From assembly GCA_031431875.1 (NCBI GenBank), contig JANPEF010000132.1:1-21455 (forward strand): 21,455 nucleotides of DNA. The letters are read 5' to 3'. The stretch's first letter is position 1; each line of letters opens with the position of its first letter. A program made the position numbers and the translations under genes. This stretch comes from Candidatus Eiseniibacteriota bacterium. GTDB taxonomy: Bacteria; Eisenbacteria; RBG-16-71-46; DASYSL01. Below, piece by piece: positions 16,167-21,455 of this stretch. Below the pieces are notes generated by a model. The model saw only the letters and a list, made by a program, of their open reading frames with translations. It was not told where the DNA came from and searched no databases.

Positions 16167-18644
16167 CTAGTCCCAGAGCGTCCAGCGGGCTTCGAGGACG
16201 AAGCGGGATTCCTCGGCCCGGCGCAGGCGGCCGAAGGAGTCCTCGACCGGGAGGAATCGGTTCGACCCGGCGAAGTCGCGGAGCTCGACCCGCACCTCGA
16301 ACTCGTCGATCATCCAGGCGGCGAACAGCCCGAGGCGCGACGCCGTCGGCAGGTCCCCCACCGGCGTGCCGGTGCGCGGCCCGATCAGCTCGCCCGTCAC
16401 GCCGAGGCGCAGGTCGAGATCACCGGAGAGGAACGCATGGCCAGCCTCGAGTTCGGCATGGGCACGCCAGTCCGGATCCGACGGGCGCAGGACCGGGCTG
16501 ACCTGGCGGCCGAGCGCATGCCCGCCGACTTCGGCCCGCACACCGCGCAGCGGTGCGACCGCGAGGTTGACCACGACGGCGACGAACTCCGTCGCCTCGC
16601 CCGCGACGACATTCGCCAGCCCGGTCGCACCATCGAGCGCGAAGGGCTCGCGCGCCAGGTCGAGACCAGGATCGCTCCGTCCCGCGTACAGCGCCGCGCG
16701 CATCCGTCGCTCGCCGCGCGGCCACGCACCGCGCACGGTGCCGCCGTCCTCCTCGCCGGCGCTCCTGTCCTCGATTCCCAGGCCCGCGAGCCACGTCGAG
16801 GAGCGTATCAGCGGCGTGTCGACCCTGCCCGTCAGGGCAAGCGTGTCCGCGTCCTGCGTCCCGATCCGCGCCCCGAGCCCGCGCGCGACACCGAACCACG
16901 CACGCCGAGCGGGAGCGAGTCGCCGCTCGAGCATCACCGAGGGCGCCACGTCGAGCCCGCCCCCGCCGGCGGTGCCAGCGCCCAGCCCCAGGTCCAGACG
17001 GGTCGCGCTGTCGAGATCCCGCGCGTAACCGGCCGCGCCCCACAGGAGCGTCGCGTGGCGCGGGGCGAACGTGACCGTGCCGCCCGACTCGAGCGACTCG
17101 TCGCCGTAGGTGAACGCCAGCCAGCCGTCGCCGCCGCCGACCACGCGCGACGCGTCGACACGCAGACGTGACGATTTCGCCGCCTGGCGGAGGTCGGTCG
17201 CGAACTGGAAGTCGCCGCCGACGAGCCGCTCGTCGGTGCGCTCGAAGACGAGCCCCAGCGTGGTGCCAGCGGTCCCGACGCGCGCGCCGAAGCGCCCCGA
17301 CTCGCCGCTGCGCGACTCCGAGCGCGTGGTCTCGTCCTCGACGGCTTCGCGGGTCGAGCGGTAGGCTGCGTCGAGGACGAGCCCCCCCACCTCGTGCCGG
17401 CCGGCGAACGCGATCGAATGGTCGCCCGCGGGCCCGAGTGGCTCGAGACTGCCCAACCCCTGCGCCTCGACTGCGACCGCCCCCGAGGTAGGACCCGCGG
17501 TGGCGGCGGCGAAGAATCCGCTGTGCGTGTGTTCGGGCGAACCGAGCGCAGCCCACGCGGTGACCCGCGGATGCCCGGCGATCGGCGTCCATGGATGGAG
17601 CGTCACGCGCCCGGCCTCGCCGCGGTACGCCTCGCGCGCCGAAACCGGCAGCCGCGGCGCATCGACCGAGCCGACGGCGCTCCACGGCACGCGCGTGATC
17701 CCGCTGCCGATCGCGCCGCTGCCCGCGACCGGCAGGCCGAGCCAATCAACCTCGAGGCGCGCGCCCGCCAGGCCGAACCGCGATAGGGGCTCGGCCGAGC
17801 CGCGATCGTCGGCGAAGCGCTCGGTCATCGCGCCCTCGCGCGTCAACCACACGGCGGCGGTCCCATCGCTTCGCCGCTTCAGCGCGGCCGGTCCGTCGCC
17901 CCAGCGCGGCGGCGGAGCGCGGCGGCCGTGCACGAGATCGGTCGAGTCGGGCGGGGCCGGCGAAGGCGTCTCGGCCGGCGCGATCGGAGCAAACCCGGCG
18001 CTCGCCGCTGCGGCCACGCTGTCGATGGGCTCCTGCGCTGCCACCGCGTCCGGCCACGCCACGGCCGCCAGGAAACCGGCCACGACGAGCACCCCGAACG
18101 CGACCGGCGTCGTCAACGACCGCCTCGTGCGCTCGAGCGCCGCGACCAGCGGCACCCCGACCAGCGCGAACAGTGCCGCGTTCGTTCCCACGTGGATCGC
18201 GGCGAATGGCAGCCCGGCGAGCAGCATGGGAACGATCGGCCCGAAGAGCACGGCCGAGGCGAGGTTGGTCATCAGGTCGAAGACGAGGGTGACCGCAATG
18301 CCCGCGGCGATCACGAGCACCCCCCGGCGCGCCTGACCGTGCACCGTGAATCGGCCGACCAATCCGCCGGCTGCGCCGGCACATGCCATGCCCGCGGTCT
18401 GGGCGGCGAGCACCAGCGGCACGGCCAGGCCCGAGCCGTACGGGTTCATCGCGCTGTAGAGGAACTCGCCGAGCGCGCCGGCAAGGGCGCCCCAGGCCGG
18501 GCCCAGAACGAATCCTCCGACGAAGAGGATCACCGTCAGGAACTCGAAGTTGGGAATGCTGTCGAGATAGCCGGCGCCCCAGGCGAGGCCGGCGAACATG
18601 CCGGCGAGGGCGAGGCGGCGGGTGCGGTGCAGCGGCGCGTTCAG
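16167..18644 (-). CDS. Fusion: ECF S-component-like domain (CbrT-like) + internal signal peptide + degenerate plug / outer-membrane beta-barrel domain
   Basis: About 6 TM N-terminal domain (RRLALAGMFAGL, IPNFEFLT, FDLMTN, AGLPFAAIHVGTN), then RTRR-hydrophobic-AVAA/QE, a plug-like segment, amphipathic strands and C-terminal FVLEARWTLWD. Track start is ATG 18599; extended here to an in-frame CTG at 18644 with GAGGA 7 nt upstream. Confidence 0.7.
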   Translation of the reverse strand: MNAPLHRTRRLALAGMFAGLAWGAGYLDSIPNFEFLTVILFVGGFVLGPAWGALAGALGEFLYSAMNPYGSGLAVPLVLAAQTAGMACAGAAGGLVGRFTVHGQARRGVLVIAAGIAVTLVFDLMTNLASAVLFGPIVPMLLAGLPFAAIHVGTNAALFALVGVPLVAALERTRRSLTTPVAFGVLVVAGFLAAVAWPDAVAAQEPIDSVAAAASAGFAPIAPAETPSPAPPDSTDLVHGRRAPPPRWGDGPAALKRRSDGTAAVWLTREGAMTERFADDRGSAEPLSRFGLAGARLEVDWLGLPVAGSGAIGSGITRVPWSAVGSVDAPRLPVSAREAYRGEAGRVTLHPWTPIAGHPRVTAWAALGSPEHTHSGFFAAATAGPTSGAVAVEAQGLGSLEPLGPAGDHSIAFAGRHEVGGLVLDAAYRSTREAVEDETTRSESRSGESGRFGARVGTAGTTLGLVFERTDERLVGGDFQFATDLRQAAKSSRLRVDASRVVGGGDGWLAFTYGDESLESGGTVTFAPRHATLLWGAAGYARDLDSATRLDLGLGAGTAGGGGLDVAPSVMLERRLAPARRAWFGVARGLGARIGTQDADTLALTGRVDTPLIRSSTWLAGLGIEDRSAGEEDGGTVRGAWPRGERRMRAALYAGRSDPGLDLAREPFALDGATGLANVVAGEATEFVAVVVNLAVAPLRGVRAEVGGHALGRQVSPVLRPSDPDWRAHAELEAGHAFLSGDLDLRLGVTGELIGPRTGTPVGDLPTASRLGLFAAWMIDEFEVRVELRDFAGSNRFLPVEDSFGRLRRAEESRFVLEARWTLWD

Positions 18645-18734
18645 GCGGGCGTCCTCGTCGGCGGGCGGCGGAAGGCAGCGCGGTCGGCGCGACGCCGCCC
18701 GTCCCGTGAGACTAGGAAGCCGGCTCGTCGCCGG

Positions 18735-19580
18735 TCAAGCCCCTTCGGCGGCGACCTGCTTCGCCTGCGCGGCCCTCAGGCCCTCGACCGCGGCATACGG
18801 CACGTCGCCGTCGCCGATCTGCGAGTAGCCGGTGCGCTCGCCGTGGCTGTCGGAGCCACCCGTGGCGACCAGTCCGTACTTCTCGCACAGCCGCGTGTAG
18901 CGGCCGCGATCGCCGTTGTCGTGACGCGGGTGGATCACCTCGAGCCCCACCAGGCCGAACTTCGCGGCCTCACCGACGGCGAGATCCTTCCGCATCGTCG
19001 CGGGGTGGGCGATCGCGGCCACCCCGCCGGCGCGGCGAACCAGCTCGATCGCACCGCGCGGTGTCAGGCTGCGCCGGGCGATATACGCGGGACCATTGGT
19101 GCCGAGAAACTTCCGGAACGCGTCGTCGATCGAGTGCACGAAGCCCGCGGCGACCATCGCCTCGGCGATGTGTGGCCGGCCGATCGCCCCGCCGCGCGCG
19201 CGCTCGAGGACATCGTCCCACGACAGGTCGTAGCCCAGCTCCTCCAACCGCTCGAGGATGGAGTGGGCGCGCAGCAGGCGCTGCTCGCGGAACTGCTGCA
19301 GCGAGAGGCGGAACTCCGCGTCGTGATCGTCGACGAAGTAGCCGAGCACGTGCACCTCGACGCTCCCGTCGTGGGCCGACAGTTCGACGCCGGCGATCAC
19401 CTCGAGCCCGGTGCCCGACGCGCGCGAACGCGCCTCGTCGAGGCCGTCGACCGAGTCGTGGTCGGTCAGCGCAACCGCCGCGAGCCTGCCCGAGAGAGCG
19501 CGCTCGATGACCTCGGTCGGCGACCAGGTCCCATCGGAGTGGAAGGTGTGGGTGTGGAGATCGACCGTGCCGGCCGCCAC
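18735..19580 (-). CDS. PHP-family metal-dependent phosphoesterase (TrpH/YciV-like)
   Basis: DLHTHTFHSDG, ALTDHD, GVELS, VHVLGY, RPHIA, AHP, TGGSDSHG; GTG 19580 lies 11 nt after the upstream stop. Confidence 0.93.
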   Translation of the reverse strand: MAAGTVDLHTHTFHSDGTWSPTEVIERALSGRLAAVALTDHDSVDGLDEARSRASGTGLEVIAGVELSAHDGSVEVHVLGYFVDDHDAEFRLSLQQFREQRLLRAHSILERLEELGYDLSWDDVLERARGGAIGRPHIAEAMVAAGFVHSIDDAFRKFLGTNGPAYIARRSLTPRGAIELVRRAGGVAAIAHPATMRKDLAVGEAAKFGLVGLEVIHPRHDNGDRGRYTRLCEKYGLVATGGSDSHGERTGYSQIGDGDVPYAAVEGLRAAQAKQVAAEGA

Positions 19581-19591
19581 GGTGCCGGCCG

Positions 19592-21358
19592 CTAGCGCCG
19601 AAGCTCGCGAATTTTCGCGGCAACTTCGGGGTAGTTGGGCTGCAGTGCGAACACGGCTTCGAACTGGTCGAGCGACTCGATCGGGCGGCCGCTCGCCTCG
19701 AGCACCAGGCCCAGGCTGAAGCGGAATGCGATCACGCTGTCCTCCGTCAGGTTCGGCAACTGCAGGCCGCGTTCGAACTCGGCGATCGCGGCGCCGAAGT
19801 CCCCGCGTTCGAGCAGGCAGCGCCCGAGCATGTCCGTGCACTTGATGCTGAACGCGGCGTCGCGCGCGGCGAGGCGGAACTCGGCGACGGCTTCGTCGAT
19901 CAGGCCCATCTGCCGGTAGGTCATGCCCAGGTCGTAGTGGCTGGCCGCGTCATCGGCCTGCACCTGCTGGCGCACGCCGGCCTGGAACGCTGCGAGCAAC
20001 TCGGTCAGGTCGACGTCGAGATCCTCGGGCATGCGCTGCGAGACGGTCACGCGGTCGGCCGACAGTTCCTCGGGCTCGATCTTGCGGCGACCCCAGTCGG
20101 ACAGGCGCTCGAGGCGGCGAGCCGCCTGCTCATTGTTCGGATCGTAGGCCCGCGCCTGGACGAACCACTCGTGGGCGCTCGCCGGCTCCTGCGCGGCGAG
20201 CGCGAAGTCGCCGAGCTCGCAGCACACGCCGGCGGCTTCGATCCACTGCTGGCGACGCTCGCAGTTGGCGAGCCACAGGCGGTAGAGGCGCTCACTGGCC
20301 TGCGGACTGCGCGACAGCTCGTTGTAGATCGAGGCGGCCTGCTCGAGCCCGGCAACCGACTCCCACGCGAGCGCAGCGCGCACCAGCGCCTCGGCGGCCT
20401 GCTCGCGTTCGCCGGCGCCCAACAGAGTGCGAGCGTAGTCGAGATGCGCCGCCACCTCGGGCGGCACCTGGACCTCGGCAGCTTCAGCCGGCGCAGCCGG
20501 CTGGGCCGTGGCCATTGCCCCGACCGACGCAGCCTGCTGGCCGAACGACGGATGGCTGACGCGCGAGCCTTCGAGCCCTTCGGGCGCGACGCCCCCGGGG
20601 GTGGTGTAGCGGCCACGGCTGCCCTCGACCGACGATCCCGTGAGGGTGCCGTTTGGCGCGGAGGCGGAACCGCCGCGCATCGTGCCGTTGGTGATCGGCA
20701 TGGGAATGCTCGGCGTCTTCGCGGCCGGTTCGGCGATCGGCGATTCCTCGGGCAGGTCGCGGGCGCCGGGGTACAGCTCCTCGGCACGGGCGCGGCAGGC
20801 CTCGGCCTGGTCCATGCCACCGATCTTCTCGTGGGCCCGCGCGGCGCGAATGAGCGCCCGCGAGGCCTTCAACTTTTCGCCCTCGAGATTCCACAGGTCG
20901 CCCAGCCGCTCGGGGTACTTCGGCTCGTCGGGCAGCATCTTTGACGCCTGCTCGAGCGCCTCGGCCGCCTCGGTGCGGCGATCATGGGCCAGCTCGAGAT
21001 CGGCGTACTGGCTCCAGTAGAGCGCGGAGTCGAGCCCAAGTCCGTCGAGCGCATGCAGCTCGGCCAGCGACTTGAGCGTGTCCCCCGGTCGCAGGTTGAG
21101 CCGCAGCATCTTCTTGCAGACGGCGATCGCGTTCTTGACCAGGCCGGCCTTGCGGTACGCCTCGGCCGCCTCGAGATAGCGGCGCCCGGCCTCGTCGGTG
21201 ACACTCTTCTTGTAGAAGAGGTCGCCCAGCGTGACATGGGTGTACGGGTCGCTCTCGTCCGCGGCGAGGAGCTTCTGATACTCCTCGATCGCGCGATCGA
21301 GATCGCCGTTCTGGACGAATCGCTGGGCCTTGCGCTTGATTTCGAGAGTCTTTTCCAA
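19592..21358 (-). CDS. Multi-TPR protein, SgmX-like architecture
   Basis: N-terminal TPR array (AIEEYQKLL, LGDLFYKK, AIAVCKKML), disordered middle, C-terminal TPRs starting SHYDLGMTYRQMGLIDEAVAEF; no signal peptide; TTG start. Confidence 0.85.
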   Translation of the reverse strand: MEKTLEIKRKAQRFVQNGDLDRAIEEYQKLLAADESDPYTHVTLGDLFYKKSVTDEAGRRYLEAAEAYRKAGLVKNAIAVCKKMLRLNLRPGDTLKSLAELHALDGLGLDSALYWSQYADLELAHDRRTEAAEALEQASKMLPDEPKYPERLGDLWNLEGEKLKASRALIRAARAHEKIGGMDQAEACRARAEELYPGARDLPEESPIAEPAAKTPSIPMPITNGTMRGGSASAPNGTLTGSSVEGSRGRYTTPGGVAPEGLEGSRVSHPSFGQQAASVGAMATAQPAAPAEAAEVQVPPEVAAHLDYARTLLGAGEREQAAEALVRAALAWESVAGLEQAASIYNELSRSPQASERLYRLWLANCERRQQWIEAAGVCCELGDFALAAQEPASAHEWFVQARAYDPNNEQAARRLERLSDWGRRKIEPEELSADRVTVSQRMPEDLDVDLTELLAAFQAGVRQQVQADDAASHYDLGMTYRQMGLIDEAVAEFRLAARDAAFSIKCTDMLGRCLLERGDFGAAIAEFERGLQLPNLTEDSVIAFRFSLGLVLEASGRPIESLDQFEAVFALQPNYPEVAAKIRELRR

Positions 21359-21455
21359 GCCGTCCCCCCCGCCTCGCAGCAGGTCAGGCGGTGCGTTCCG
21401 TCGCGGTCCGGAAGGCCGAACGGGCCTCCGACAGGGAAAGATCGACCCGACGCGC

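Noticed and set aside
18645..18734. Cobalamin riboswitch upstream of the CbrT-like gene
   Set aside because: Only 90 bp, and no B12-box or conserved GGGAA core is visible, so the substrate remains unsupported by regulation.
18600..18737. PHP stop codon TGA is in frame with the fusion ORF (read-through or selenocysteine)
   Set aside because: One-in-three chance of shared frame; about 45 open codons is common at this GC; no SECIS-like evidence; a separate RBS exists downstream.
19567..19592. GTGCCGGCCGC repeated twice with 15-bp period at the TPR/PHP junction
   Set aside because: Short and GC-rich with only two copies; at most a small local duplication around the start codon, with no sign of a mobile element.

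Overview
High-GC bacterial window in which every credible gene lies on the minus strand. It holds an almost complete type IVa pilus locus with a myxobacterial/Geobacter-like gene order. In transcription order (right to left): SgmX-like TPR protein, PHP-family phosphoesterase, an unusual single ORF joining an ECF S-component-like membrane domain to a plug/outer-membrane beta-barrel-like domain via an internal signal peptide, comEA, pilB, pilT, pilC, pilS, pilR, two tandem type IVa pilins, ABC ATPase, ABC permease, PilG/XapA-like protein, pilD, pilM, pilN, pilO, and a truncated low-complexity secreted protein in the pilP slot that the ORF track missed. Two sigma-54 promoters (before pilA1 and before the ABC-pilD block) and hairpins after each pilin are visible. 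The best candidate for a novel system is the S-component::outer-membrane receptor fusion at 16167-18644. No RNA genes, CRISPR arrays or mobile elements were seen. All family assignments come from motif recognition by eye, not database searches.
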